A DNA stretch of 64,000 nucleotides from an uncultured delta proteobacterium (lineage in GTDB: Bacteria; Myxococcota_A; Polyangia; Haliangiales; Haliangiaceae): positions 32,001 through 96,000 of the forward strand of contig CAVUQH010000002.1 in assembly GCA_963743525.1 (NCBI GenBank), written 5' to 3'. Made by a program: the position numbers and the translations under genes. Shown piece by piece: positions 12,824-27,382 of the stretch; position 1 is the first letter of the stretch; each line of letters opens with the position of its first letter. Below the pieces are notes generated by a model, which did not search any database, was not told where the DNA came from, and saw only the letters and a list, made by a program, of their open reading frames with translations.

Positions 12824-12830
12824 GCGAGAT

Positions 12831-13208
12831 TCAGTCGGCCGGCAAATAGCGCCGCACGGCGGCGAGCAGCTGGTCGGCGGCGTACGGCTTGACCAGATAC
12901 TCGTTGGCACCCAACGCCAGCGCCTTGTCGCGATCCCGCTCGTGCCCCTCGGTGGAGATGATGATGAGCGGGGTCGCCTGATAGCGCTCGTGAGTGCGGG
13001 CGAAACGGATCAGCTCCAGCCCGTTGATGTCGGGCATGTTGATGTCCGTGATGACGAGATCGAACGACTCCGTAGGCAGGATGCGGATCGCCTCGAATCC
13101 GCTCGCAGCCTGCGTGATCTCGAGGTCGGCGGCGTCCTCCAGCGCGGCGGCGGCAAAGGCGCGCGCGGTGGCGGAGTCGTCGACGAGCAGCAGCCGGTGC
13201 GGCACCAA
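12831..13208 (-). CDS. Single-domain response regulator (CheY-like)
   Basis: LVDDS, ITDINMP, LVKP. Confidence 0.92.
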   Translation of the reverse strand: MVPHRLLLVDDSATARAFAAAALEDAADLEITQAASGFEAIRILPTESFDLVITDINMPDINGLELIRFARTHERYQATPLIIISTEGHERDRDKALALGANEYLVKPYAADQLLAAVRRYLPAD

Positions 13209-13245
13209 CTGGCATGTTACCAGGATTCCCGAGTAATCTCAGCGT

Positions 13246-15225
13246 ATGGCCAAGGTAGGCGCACGCTGGCAGGCGTGGCCGCTCCTGGCGGCAACGCTGG
13301 CGGCCGGCTGCCCGGCCGGCAAGGGGACTCCGGACTCTCCGGCGGGACCGCCGCCACCGGAGACGGTCGAGGTCGCCCCCTTCGCCCCCCGTGGGGCGGC
13401 GGATGAGACGCTGATCCTGGGCACCGGGGCCGGCACGCGGTCCACGGTCATCCGGTTGGCGACGGAGGCCCACACCGTCGCCGTGGACGGAACCTGGGCG
13501 GATCCGTCCGGCAAGGGCGGCGGCATCGGCACCGTTCGCCTGACCACCACGCCACAGGCGGGCGGTCTGCTGCGCGTGGGCGTCTCCTGGAGCTTTGCCT
13601 CCACCGACCAGCGCTGGCGCTCGGTGGCCTGGGTCGGAGCGTTCCTCGCCACCTCGGTGCTGAGCGTCAACCTGGCCGACTATCGCTTCGACAGCCTCAA
13701 CACCGGCCGCACCGACCGGGCCGCGACCAGCGCTCTGGTCGCCACCGGCTTCCTCGCCGGGTTGACCGGTGCCGACGTCGCCGCCGACGCCACGGTGATC
13801 GGCATCGTCAACCCCGACGGCACCATCGGACCGGTCGCCAACCTGGCGCAGCAGGTCGCCGCCGCCAGCAAGGCGGGCAAGCGGCGAATCGGGATCCCCA
13901 CCGGACAGCGGGCCGCCGGCACGGTTGCGGTGGCCGACCTCTACGGCGCCTATACCCTGCTCACCGGGAGGCCGCTTCCGCCGCCGCAGCCGGTCGCGGC
14001 GGCCGACATGGTCCTGCCGGCGTCAGTCGCCGCCGCCATCGGTGACCGCTACCGTGCCTGGCGCCGCGACCTTGGACGCGAGTGGGCACGACTGGTCGCG
14101 TTGCGAGCCGCGGGGCGACTGCCGGGCGCCATCGCCGCGCTGGCAAACGCGGCCGACGCCCACGGCCGCGACGCGGAGAAGCGCTTGCGCGACGGCGCCA
14201 TCGTCACCGCCTACGGACGAATCGTCGAAGCCGTCACCTTCGCGCGCGCCGCCAACGCCGTTGCCAGCGTGCTGTCCCTGGTACAGACGGCCAACCTGCC
14301 CGACGCTGGCGAGCGACTCACCGCGCTGCAAGCAGCCGCCCCGGACCGCGCGCCGCTCGAGGCACTCGGTCGCGCGCCACCTCGCACCATTGGCGACTAT
14401 CTGACGACCATCGCGGCCCTGGGGCAGGCGACCGCGGGATGGAGCTTCGAGCGCAGCGCCGCCGACGGCATGGCGCCGGCGCTGGACGCGCTGAGCCACC
14501 TGGATGGCAAGACCGCGGACGAGCTGGCCGATCCCGCGCTGCAGGAGCAGCTCATGCGCGATCTGGTGCCTACACTGCTCGCCCTGGCGCGCGGCGCGGC
14601 CCGCGCCCAGGTCGCCGCCGACCTGCTGGTCGTCGCCCGCGGACAGTCGTCGGCCGCGTTCGACGCGCCGACCCCGGCGCTGAACCAGCTGGCCAGCGCC
14701 TACGCAGCCGTCGCCGCCGCCGACCTGGCCGGCGTCGATCCGCAGCCGGACGACCCCGACTACCTGGTCGCCCACATGGCGTTCGAGCTGTGGCGCAAGC
14801 CGACCGGAGGTGCCGCCGCGATGCGCGACACCTGGGGCGCGGACAGCGCCACCTGGAGCCTGGCGCGCCTCGCCGGAAGCGTCGAGGAGTACAACGCGAC
14901 GTCCGCGGTCGTCGCCCGCGACTCGTCGCTGGCGGCGCACCTCGACGACGACACCGGACAGCCGGTCGGCGTCGGCAACCCGGCCGCGCTGGCGGCGATG
15001 CTGACCGCCGCCGAGCGCGCGGCGCGGCAACACGCCCACGCCGCGCAGGTGGCGACGGGGAGCATTCCGCTGGTGGCGAAGCTGCGCTACCAGCACGCCC
15101 GGACGCTGGCCGGGTCGAAGGACGTCGGCGATCGCCTCACCGCGCTCGAGGAGTACTGGGCGTCTTCGTCGTACTCGCAGCTCGCCGTCGCCCTGGCGCG
15201 CATCAGCACACCCGCGGCGGCGCCA

Positions 15226-15237
<12 letters not shown>
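13246..15237 (+). CDS. Lipoprotein with Lon/S16 proteolytic-like domain, catalytic dyad apparently lost
   Basis: Lipobox LAAGC; DATVIGIVNPDGTIGPV resembles Lon_C; DRAATS replaces DGPSAG. Confidence 0.7.
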
Positions 15238-15741
<504 letters not shown>

Positions 15742-15745
15742 CGGA

Positions 15746-16174
15746 CTACTCCTTGGCCCGCACGCCCTGGGCGATGCGATCGAGGATGCCGTTGACGAAC
15801 GCCGGCGCCTCGGCCGCACCGTAGCGCTTGGCCAGCTCGACGGCCTCGTTGATCACGACCTTGGTCGGCACCTCGGCGGAAGCGAGCAGCTCGCCCACCG
15901 CCAGGCGCAGGATGTTGCGATCGACCCGGCTCATCCGCTCGATGCGCCAGTTGCGCGACGCGCTCTGGATGACGTCGTCGATCTCGGCGCTGCGCTCCAC
16001 CGTGCGCTGGACCAGCTCGACGGCAAACGACAACACCCGCTCGTCGATGTCATCCTCGGCGGCCTCGGCGCAGGCGTCGAGGGCGTTGTTGACGGTCTGC
16101 TCGGGGTTGAGGTCCATCGCGTACAGGACCTGCAGCGCGTGCCAGCGCCCCCGGCGTCTAACCCCTGCACCCAT
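15746..16174 (-). CDS. nusB: Transcription antitermination factor NusB
   Basis: RRRGRWHALQVLY, VDRNILRLA, INEAVELAKRYG, FVNGILD. Confidence 0.96.
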   Translation of the reverse strand: MGAGVRRRGRWHALQVLYAMDLNPEQTVNNALDACAEAAEDDIDERVLSFAVELVQRTVERSAEIDDVIQSASRNWRIERMSRVDRNILRLAVGELLASAEVPTKVVINEAVELAKRYGAAEAPAFVNGILDRIAQGVRAKE

Positions 16175-16177
16175 CGC

Positions 16178-16653
16178 TTACCCGTCGATGGCGCGGAACA
16201 GCGACGCCATCTCGATCGCCGCCATGGCAGCGTCGAAGCCCTTGTTGCCGGCCTTGGTGCCGGCGCGCTCGATCGCCTGTTCGATCGTGTCGGTGGTGAG
16301 GACGCCGAAGCTGACCGGAATCGGCGCGTCGTTGGCCAGCTGCGCCAGCCCGCGGGCGACTGCGCCGGCCACGTACTCGAAGTGCGGCGTGCCGCCGCGG
16401 ATGACCGCGCCGACGCAGATGATCGCGTCGATGCCGCCGCGGGCGACCACCTTGCGAGCCACCTGCGGGATCTCGAACGAACCCGGGCAGCGGTAGATGG
16501 CCACGTCCTCGTCGCGCCCGCCGGTGCGGCGGATGGCGTCGAGCGCGCCGTCGACCAGCGGGTCGACGATCAGGCTGTTGAAGCGGCCGGCGACGATGGC
16601 GAAGCGCATGCCGGTGGCCGAAAGCTGCCCTTCGATCGTTTTCATGGGGGTTT

Positions 16654-16657
<4 letters not shown>
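16178..16657 (-). CDS. ribH: 6,7-dimethyl-8-ribityllumazine synthase
   Basis: PGSFEIP, GAVIRGGTPHFEYV, ERAGTKAGNKG. Confidence 0.96.
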
Positions 16658-17873
<1,216 letters not shown>

Positions 17874-17877
<4 letters not shown>

Positions 17878-18485
17878 ACTGCGCTCGCTTGTCGATATCC
17901 GCCGAGCAGCTTCTCGACGTACTTCCCGATCATGTCGACTTCCAGGTTGACCGCGGAACCCGCGTGCTTGTTCGCCAGCGACGTCGCGCTGACCGTGTGT
18001 GGAATCAGAGCGACGCCGAAGCTGCGCCCATCCACGGCGTTGACCGTCAGGCTGATGCCGTCCACCGCGATCGAGCCCTTCTCGATCACGTAGCGCAGCA
18101 CCTCGGCCGGGGCGCCGATGTCGATCTCGAGGTTGGCGCCCAGATCGCGGCGGCTGCGCACCTCGCCGACCGCGTCGACGTGTCCCGCGACCATGTGGCC
18201 GCCCAGGCGATCGCCGGCGCGCAGCGCGCGCTCGAGGTTGACCGTTGCCTGCGGCCGGAGCGCGCCCAGCGTCGTCCGCCGCAACGTCTCGGCGCCGGCC
18301 AGCGCCGTGAACTCGCGCGCGCCGATGTCGGTGACGGTCAGGCAGACGCCGTCCACGGCGACCGACTCACCGAGCGACAGCTCGGCGACCGGGATCGCCG
18401 CGGGCGCGATCACCAGCACCGCCGCGTCGCTGCGGCGATCGATGCGGGCGATGCGCCCGACGTCTTCCACGAGGCCGGTAAACAC
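17874..18485 (-). CDS. ribE: Riboflavin synthase (alpha chain)
   Basis: (M)FTGLVEDVG start at GTG 18485, [23 protein letters not shown]. Confidence 0.95.
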
Positions 18486-18555
18486 TTGGATTCCTTGACT
18501 AAGCGTACTCTGCCGCCACTCTAGCACGGCCGCGCCAGGCGGGAGCAGCAAAGGA

Positions 18556-19680
18556 TCAGCGCCGCCGGCCGCGACGCCGCGGGCGCAGCGTCAGCGCCAG
18601 GTCGTCACCCAGCCGGCGCGGCTCGCCGATGAAGCGAAATCGCCAGGCGTCGGCCAGCGCCGCGACGCCGCGCCCGCCGATCCATCCCGGGCCGCCGGCG
18701 ACCGCGGTCGGTGCCAGGTAGAGGCGGACCTCGTCGACCAGGCCGGCATCGAGGAAGCCGCGGTGAACCTCGCCCCCACCCTCGACCAGCAGTGACGCGA
18801 CCTCTTCGGCGGCCAGTCGCGAGACCAGGGCAGCGAGGTCGACCCGACGCCGGCGACCCAGCCGCCAGACCTCGGCCCCGGCGCGGACCAGCGCCCGCTC
18901 GCGGGCGGCCGGCGCCGACGCGGTGGTGGCGATGATGACCCGCGCCCTGGACCGGCTGCCGGCGGGAAGCAACCGCGACTTGCGCGGCGTGCGCAGCTGC
19001 GAGTCGACCACCACGCGCACCGGGTCGCGACCGCGGCCGCGCGCGGTCAGGCGCGGATCGTCCGCCAGCACCGTGCCGATGCCGACCAGGATCGCGTCGA
19101 CCTCGCCGCGCAGCGCATGGCCGTCGCGCCGGGCGGCGGTGCCGGTGATCCACTGCGACTCGCCGCTGGCCGTCGCCACCCGGCCGTCCAGCGTCGCGGC
19201 TGCCTTGAGCACGGTGTAAGGCCGGTGCTCGCGCGCCCAGGTGAAGAAGGTGCGGTTGAGCTCGGCGCACTCGTCACGCAGCACGTTGCGGGTGACCTTC
19301 ACCCCGCGCCGCGCCAGCCAGGCGGCCCCGCCACCGTGACCGGGAATCGGATCGTTTCCGCCGATGACCAGGCGCGAGATGCCGGCCGCCAGCACCTTGG
19401 GCGCACACGGCTCCGTGCGGCGCTTGCTGGTGTGCTTGCACGGCTCGAGGTTGACGTACAGCGTGCAGCCGGGGGCGCTGCCGCCGACCGCTGCCATCGC
19501 CTCGGCCTCGCCGTGGGGCCCACCGAGCTTCTTGTGCCAGCCCTCGGCGATCAGCTCACCGCGCGGTGAAACGATGACGCTGCCGACCAGCGGGTTGGGC
19601 GACACTCGCCCTGCCCCGCGCCGGGCCAGCTCCAGGCAGCGCGCCATCCAGCGCTCGTCGTCGGCCGACGCCCGCGCCAC
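18556..19680 (-). CDS. ribD: Riboflavin biosynthesis deaminase/reductase
   Basis: SPNPLVGSVIV, HGE, LEPC...PC, LLVEGG. Confidence 0.95.
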   Translation of the reverse strand: MARASADDERWMARCLELARRGAGRVSPNPLVGSVIVSPRGELIAEGWHKKLGGPHGEAEAMAAVGGSAPGCTLYVNLEPCKHTSKRRTEPCAPKVLAAGISRLVIGGNDPIPGHGGGAAWLARRGVKVTRNVLRDECAELNRTFFTWAREHRPYTVLKAAATLDGRVATASGESQWITGTAARRDGHALRGEVDAILVGIGTVLADDPRLTARGRGRDPVRVVVDSQLRTPRKSRLLPAGSRSRARVIIATTASAPAARERALVRAGAEVWRLGRRRRVDLAALVSRLAAEEVASLLVEGGGEVHRGFLDAGLVDEVRLYLAPTAVAGGPGWIGGRGVAALADAWRFRFIGEPRRLGDDLALTLRPRRRGRRR

Positions 19681-19683
19681 GGT

Positions 19684-20151
19684 CTACAGGTCGCCCTCGC
19701 GCCGTTTGATCAGCTCGCCGAGCTCGTGAACGAACTCGTCGATGTCGCGAAAGTCGCGGTAGATCGACGCGAAGCGGACGTAGGCGACCTCGTCGAGCGC
19801 GCGCAGCCGCGGCAACACCCGCTCGCCGACGTCGCGCGACTGGATCTCGGTGACGCCCAGCTCGCACACCTCGCGCTCGACCTCGAGCGCCAGCTCCTGG
19901 ACCTTCTCCATCGCCACCGGCCGCTTCTGCACCGCGTACTTGAGGCCTTTGACGACCTTGTTGCGGTCGAACGGCTCGCGGCGGCCGTCCTTCTTGACCA
20001 CCTGGGGCAGCGCATCCTCGATCCGCTCGTAGGTGGTGTAGCGGCGGGTGCACTCGGCACACTCGCGGCGCCGGCGGATCTCTCGCGCGTCCTTCGACTG
20101 GCGCGAGTCGATGACCTTGTCCTCGAGCGAGCCGCAGAACGGGCAGCGCAT
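19684..20151 (-). CDS. nrdR: Transcriptional repressor NrdR
   Basis: MRCPFC, RRRREC, ATP-cone, [10 protein letters not shown]. Confidence 0.97.
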   Translation of the reverse strand: MRCPFCGSLEDKVIDSRQSKDAREIRRRRECAECTRRYTTYERIEDALPQVVKKDGRREPFDRNKVVKGLKYAVQKRPVAMEKVQELALEVEREVCELGVTEIQSRDVGERVLPRLRALDEVAYVRFASIYRDFRDIDEFVHELGELIKRREGDL

Positions 20152-20154
20152 GCC

Positions 20155-20631
20155 CTACTCCGTGGGGTCTCCGCCGTGGCCGTCGGCCGGCTTGTGCTCG
20201 AGCTGGCCGATCTTCTCGATGCGCCGCTGGTGACGGCCGCCCTCGAACGAGGTGTCGCGAAACACCTTGACCGCCTGTTCGGCGACGCCCGATCCGGTGA
20301 CCCGCGATCCGATGGCGATGACGTTGGCGTCGTTGTGCGCCCGCGCCGCCTGCGCGGTGAACGTATCGGTCACCACGGCTGCGCGGATGCCGACGATCTT
20401 GTTGGCAGCGATCGAGATACCGATGCCGGTACCGCAGACGACCAGCCCGCGCGCCTCGCCCTCGGCGGCGACGACGCGACGGCCGACCTTGGCGCCGTAG
20501 TCGGGATAGTCGACCGATTCGTCGGAATCGGTGCCGATGTCGATGACCTCGTCACCCAGTCCGCGCAACAGCTTGACCAGCCGTCGCTTGAGCTTGTAGC
20601 CCGCGTGGTCCGATCCGGCGTACCACTTCAC
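20155..20631 (-). CDS. rpiB: Ribose-5-phosphate isomerase B
   Basis: SDHAG, DYPD, CGTGIG, HNDANV, FEGGRH. Confidence 0.96.
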   Translation of the reverse strand: MKWYAGSDHAGYKLKRRLVKLLRGLGDEVIDIGTDSDESVDYPDYGAKVGRRVVAAEGEARGLVVCGTGIGISIAANKIVGIRAAVVTDTFTAQAARAHNDANVIAIGSRVTGSGVAEQAVKVFRDTSFEGGRHQRRIEKIGQLEHKPADGHGGDPTE

Positions 20632-20633
20632 GG

Positions 20634-21888
20634 TCAGTCTCCTTTGTACCGCGCCAGCGCGAGGCTGGCGTTGGTGCCGCCGAAACCGTACGAGTTGGAC
20701 ATCGCCACGTCAACCACCAGCTCACGCGGCTGGTTGGGCACGTAGTCGAGGTCGCACTCGGGATCCGGTGTCGTGTAGTTGATGGTCGGCGGGATGACGC
20801 CGCGGCTGAGCACCAGGGCGGTGATCGCTGTCTCGATCCCTCCGGCCGCGCCCAGCGCGTGGCCGGTCATCGACTTGGTCGACGACATCGGCAGCTTGTG
20901 CGCGTGATCGCCGAACACCGTCTTGACCGCCGCGGTCTCGTTCTTGTCGTTGAGCTGGGTCGACGTGCCGTGGGCATTGATGTAGCCGACACTGCTCGGG
21001 TCGATCTTGCCGTCGGCCAGCGCCTTGCGCATGCACCGGGCCGCGCCCACGCCTCCGGGCGCCGGAGCGGTAATGTGGTGGGCGTCGGAGTTGGCGCCGT
21101 AGCCGATGACCTCGGCGTAGATGCGAGCGCCGCGGCGCTTGGCGTGCTCGAGCTCCTCCAGCACGACCACGCCGGAGCCCTCGCCGATGACGAAGCCGTC
21201 GCGGTCCTTGTCGAACGGGCGGCTGGCGTGCATCGGGTCGTCGTTGTTGGTCGACAACGCGCGCATGGCGTTGAAGCCGCCGACGCCGAGCACCGAGATG
21301 GTCGACTCGGTACCACCGGCCAGCATCGCGTCGCACTCGTTCCAGCGGATCAGCCGGGCGGCTTCACCGATGGCGTGGGCGCCGCTCGAGCAGGCCGACA
21401 CGTGGGAGAAGTTGGGACCCCGGGCGCCCGTCTGGATCGACAGGTAGCCCGGCGTCATGTTGATGATGAGGTCGGCCACGAAATAGGGCGAGAAGGCGTG
21501 GCGCGGGCTCTTGTCGATGGTGCCCTGATAGCCCTGCTCGATGGTGCGCACACCACCCAGGCCGGAGCCGACATAGATGCCCCAGCGGTCCTCTTCGCCC
21601 TCGGGAACTCTGCGTCCCTCGTAGCCCGCGTCGTCCATCGCCATGTAGCCGGCAGCCACTCCGAACTGCAGGAACAGGTCGAGATGCCTGAGCTCCCGCT
21701 TCTCGAAGTACTTGGTTCCGTCCCAATCTTTCACTTCGCACGCGAAGTGCGTCTTGTACTGCTCGTGATCGAAGTGAGTGATCGGGCCGGCGCCGCTCTT
21801 GCCGGCGACCAGGCCCGACCACGTCGAACTCGAGATCGTTCCCGAGCGGCGTAACCAGTCCGATTCCGGTGATGACGACACGACGCAT
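20634..21888 (-). CDS. fabF: Beta-ketoacyl-ACP synthase II; apparent +1 frameshift near 21827
   Basis: [16 protein letters not shown] in one frame; [30 protein letters not shown] in another. Confidence 0.92.
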
Positions 21889-21897
21889 GGACAACCT

Positions 21898-22140
<243 letters not shown>

Positions 22141-22208
22141 TCCAGTAACTCCGTTTTGGGAAAGTGTCGTTGGGAGGCTGCGTACCTTACATCAACAGCC
22201 CGGCGGAT

Positions 22209-22975
<767 letters not shown>

Positions 22976-22979
<4 letters not shown>

Positions 22980-23899
22980 GCCTCCCATCCACTCACCTCG
23001 TGAGGCTCGCCCACGGTGGTCACGTCGATCTCCTTGGCCACGCGCTTGACCAGCCCGCGCAACACCGAGCCGGAGCCCAGCTCCAGCGCCCGCGTCACGC
23101 CCATGTCGGCGAGGGCGCGCACGCTCTCCTCCCAGCGCACCGGCGAGGTCACCTGGTCGACCAGGAGCTGCTTGACCACGGCGCTGTCGCTGTTGGCCGC
23201 GGCGGTGACGTTGGCCACCACCGGTACCTTCAGCGGGCCGACCTCGATGGAGGCCAGCGCCTCCTTCAGCTGATCGGCGGCCGGCGCCATCAGCGCACAA
23301 TGGAACGGTGCGCTGACCTGAAGGATGACGGCCCGCTTGGCCCCCTTGTCCTTGGCCAGGGGCACCGCCCGCTGCACCGCTTCGGCGTGGCCGGAGATCA
23401 CGATCTGGCCGGCGCCGTTCATGTTGGCCGGCGACACCACCTGGCCCTGCGCCGCCTCTTCGCATACCGCGCGCACGGCGTCGGCGTCGAGGCCCATCAG
23501 CGCGGCCATGCCGCCTTGCCCCTCGGGCACCGCCGCCTGCATCGCCTTGCCGCGCAGGTGGACCAGCTTGACCGCGTCGGCGAAGCGCAGCGCGCCGGCG
23601 GCGACCAGCGCGCTCCACTCTCCCAGCGAGTGACCGGCGGCCACATCGAAGGTCAGCCCCTTGGTCTCTTCCAGCGCGCGCAGGACCGCGATCGAGTTGG
23701 TCAGGATCGCCGGCTGGGTGTTCTCGGTGCGGGTCAGCTCGTCTTCCGGGCCGTCGAAGCAGATCTTCGAGATGGCGTAGCCGAGGGCGTCGTCGGCCTC
23801 CTCGAACACGCGCCTGGCCGCGGTGAACTCGATCGCCAGATCGCGGCCCATGCCGACCCGCTGCGATCCCTGTCCGGGAAACAAGAGTGCAGTCTTCAC
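22976..23899 (-). CDS. fabD: Malonyl-CoA:ACP transacylase
   Basis: FPGQGSQ, AGHSLGE, VSAPFH. Confidence 0.95.
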
Positions 23900-23909
23900 A
23901 ATCTTCTCC

Positions 23910-24910
<1,001 letters not shown>

Positions 24911-24914
<4 letters not shown>

Positions 24915-25936
24915 GTGCCCTCTGCCCGAATGCCTACCCAGAGGGACGCATGGCGCGCAATCGCTGCGGTGAGGTTTTCGATGAGATGTCCTCGCGCCTC
25001 GTCGTCGGCGGACTTGATGGCGTTCTTGATCGCGTGTTCGTCGCTACGCCCGTGGCAGATCATGACCACCCCGTCAACACCGCCGAGCAACGCGCCGCCA
25101 CGCTCACGGTAGTCCAGCGTACGCCGCAGGTCGTCGACGATCGGGTTGGCCAGACCAGTGCCGACGCGCGCCTGCGCCATCTGCACCATCGCTTCGGACA
25201 GTCCCTCGGCCAGCTTGAGCACGACGTTGCCGGTAAACCCATCGGTGGCGACGACGTCGATGCGGCCGGAGAAGAGGTCGGATCCTTCGACGTATCCGAT
25301 CAGCTCGAAGGCGGCGTCGGGATCGGCAGCCATGCGCTCGAGCAACTCCAGCGCCGCGCGGGTCAGCGCGGTGCCCTTGCCCGGCTCGGTGCCGTTGGAC
25401 AGGATGCCCACCCGCGGCCGCGCGCGCCCGTGGGCCAGGCGATCGTACTCGCAGCCGAGCAGGCCGAACTGCGCCAGCATGGTCGGCTTGACCTCGACGT
25501 TGGCGCCGGTGTCGCACAGCACCAGTGGTCCCGCCACCGTCGGCAGCACCGACACGATGGCCGGGCGCTCGATGCCGCGGATGCGACCCAGGGCGAAGGC
25601 GCTGGTCGCCAGCATCGCGCCAGAGTTGCCGGCCGAGACCACCGCCTGGGCTTCGCCGCGGGCGACCATCTCGACGGCCAGCCGCATCGAGCTGTGCGGC
25701 TTCTGCTTGAACACCCGCGCGGGGTGGTCGTCCATGGTCACCGCCTGCGGGGCGTGGACCACGCGAATGCCGTCGTCGGGAGCCACGCCGTGCTTGGCCA
25801 GCTCGGCGTGCACGAGCTCGGCATCGCCGACCAACGCCACCGTCACCGGGAGCTCGCGCACGGCCTTTGCGGCACCGGCGACCTCGGCCGCGGGGGCGGA
25901 GTCACCGCCCATTGCGTCGACGGCGATGACGTTCAT
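24911..25936 (-). CDS. plsX: Phosphate acyltransferase
   Basis: IAVDAMGGD, SAGNSGA, DGFTGNVVLK, CHGRS. Confidence 0.95.
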
Positions 25937-25981
25937 CGGCCGGCTCGAATGTCTGAGGCGCGCGGGGGCGCCTCGCCACGC

Positions 25982-26185
25982 TTACTCGTCGGCCTCGGTC
26001 GAGGCGACTTCGATGACCTTGCTGCCGCCGTAGCTGCCACAGGCCATGCACACGCGGTGCGGAACACGGGGCGCACCGCAGTCAGGGCACGCCTGCACGG
26101 TGGCCTTCTTGCCGGCGCCGCGCGACCACGCCGAGCGACGGTTGCGAATGCGAGAGGGGCCGAGTCTGCGTTTCTGAAGTGCCAT
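25982..26185 (-). CDS. rpmF: 50S ribosomal protein L32
   Basis: CPDCG...PHRVCMACG Zn-ribbon; position between yceD and plsX. Confidence 0.93.
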   Translation of the reverse strand: MALQKRRLGPSRIRNRRSAWSRGAGKKATVQACPDCGAPRVPHRVCMACGSYGGSKVIEVASTEADE

Positions 26186-26193
26186 GATGTCCT

Positions 26194-26745
26194 CTAGAGC
26201 TTGATGTCCTTGAGCGCCGCCAGGCGCGGGTCGATGACGGCGCGGTCACAACCGCACTCGCCGGCGTTCAGGTCGGCGCCGCAAACCGAGCACAATCCTC
26301 GGCAGTCGGGCCGGCACAGTGGAGCGTAGGGAACCGCGAGGATGATCTGCTCGCGGAGCAGAGGCTCGAGGTCGATCTCGTCCTCGTCGTAGGGATAGAC
26401 GTCGAGGTCGTCCTCGGTCAGCTCGAGATCGTCCTCGCTTCCGCCCTCGGGGATCTGCGCCCGCGGCATGAAGGTGACCGCGACCTTGTCGGCGAACTCG
26501 ACCCGGGCCGGGCCGACGCAGCGACTGCAGGCGACCTCGAGCCAGCCGCGAATCGTGCCGCGCGCAAAGACGTTGGTGCTGTCGGCGTACAGCTCGATGT
26601 CGGCCTCGCCCTGCCCCGCGTCGGGGTCGTCGGCGGGCCGCTCCAGCGCCTGGCGAATCGGCAGCTCGGCGATGGCCGTGCGCACGAACTCCGTGCCCAG
26701 CGTGATCTGCTGGTGCGCCGGTAGGTCCGCGATGCGAACCTTCAT
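26194..26745 (-). CDS. DUF177/YceD family protein
   Basis: CSRC, LCRPDCRGLCSVCG, IDPRLAALK. Confidence 0.92.
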   Translation of the reverse strand: MKVRIADLPAHQQITLGTEFVRTAIAELPIRQALERPADDPDAGQGEADIELYADSTNVFARGTIRGWLEVACSRCVGPARVEFADKVAVTFMPRAQIPEGGSEDDLELTEDDLDVYPYDEDEIDLEPLLREQIILAVPYAPLCRPDCRGLCSVCGADLNAGECGCDRAVIDPRLAALKDIKL

Positions 26746-26779
26746 GGAGGTGCCCTGCCGCATGATTCGGAAGCAGCGT

Positions 26780-26807
26780 ACTATATGGACCGCCGCCCCT
26801 CTGTCAA
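26780..26807 (-). promoter_or_regulatory. Sigma70-type promoter for the yceD-rpmF-plsX-fab operon
   Basis: Minus strand TTGACA-16 nt-TATAGT, 35 bp upstream of yceD ATG. Confidence 0.7.
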
Positions 26808-26900
26808 GAACCGAATGATCCCGCGTGCATAAGCAAACGGCGGGTCGCGCCGTGAAGCGCAACCCGCCGGAATCAATCAGATCGTTACGGTGTTGCGGGC

Positions 26901-27230
26901 CTAGTTGGCGCCGCCACCGGCCTCGTCGGCACCGCCGCCCGCCTCGCGGACCTTCTTGCGGCACTCGCTCCACTTGTCGTCCATCGGCGCGAGCTCCTTG
27001 CCGATCTTCTTGCCGTTCTCCTTGTCGTCCTTGTACTTCTCGCGGAACTCCTTCTTCAGGGCGCTCCGCTTGTCCCGGACCTTGTCCAGGCAGTCCTGGT
27101 CCTTGCAGGCACAGGCCTCGTCGATGAGCTTCTGGTACTTGTCCTTCCACTCACCGGCGTCGCCGCCGCAGGCAGAAAGGGCAAACGAAAGAGTCGCGGC
27201 CACGAGGCCGAGCTTCACGAGCTTGATCAT
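26901..27230 (-). CDS. Small Cys-containing lipoprotein, unknown function
   Basis: Lipobox LSAC; CACKDQDC motif; [10 protein letters not shown] upstream. Confidence 0.8.
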   Translation of the reverse strand: MIKLVKLGLVAATLSFALSACGGDAGEWKDKYQKLIDEACACKDQDCLDKVRDKRSALKKEFREKYKDDKENGKKIGKELAPMDDKWSECRKKVREAGGGADEAGGGAN

Positions 27231-27382
27231 CAGATGGTCCTCCTCGGTGGGCCGAGGAGGTCCCCACCTACCCCGGCAAACTCCGAATCTCGCTGGCCGC
27301 GACCCGGGCCGTCAAGGCGGGGCGAAGAAAACTCACCCCGCCCGCCGGGCCGGGTGTTAGCGTCCGGCCGCTTGGAGGGGCC

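Noticed and set aside
10865..12892. Long antisense and alternate-frame ORFs (e.g. 10865-12892, 40269-42563, 59765-61726)
   Set aside because: Shadow ORFs expected at high GC; they overlap well-supported genes and carry no motifs
19684..19760. FMN riboswitch upstream of rib genes
   Set aside because: ribD starts 3 bp after nrdR; no leader space
20634..21888. fabF, scpA and mlaD as pseudogenes or programmed frameshifts
   Set aside because: Single lesions, no slippery runs and no other decay; artefact is more likely
27330..27360. GC hairpin as a terminator
   Set aside because: Lies between divergent starts, imperfect stem, no U-tract
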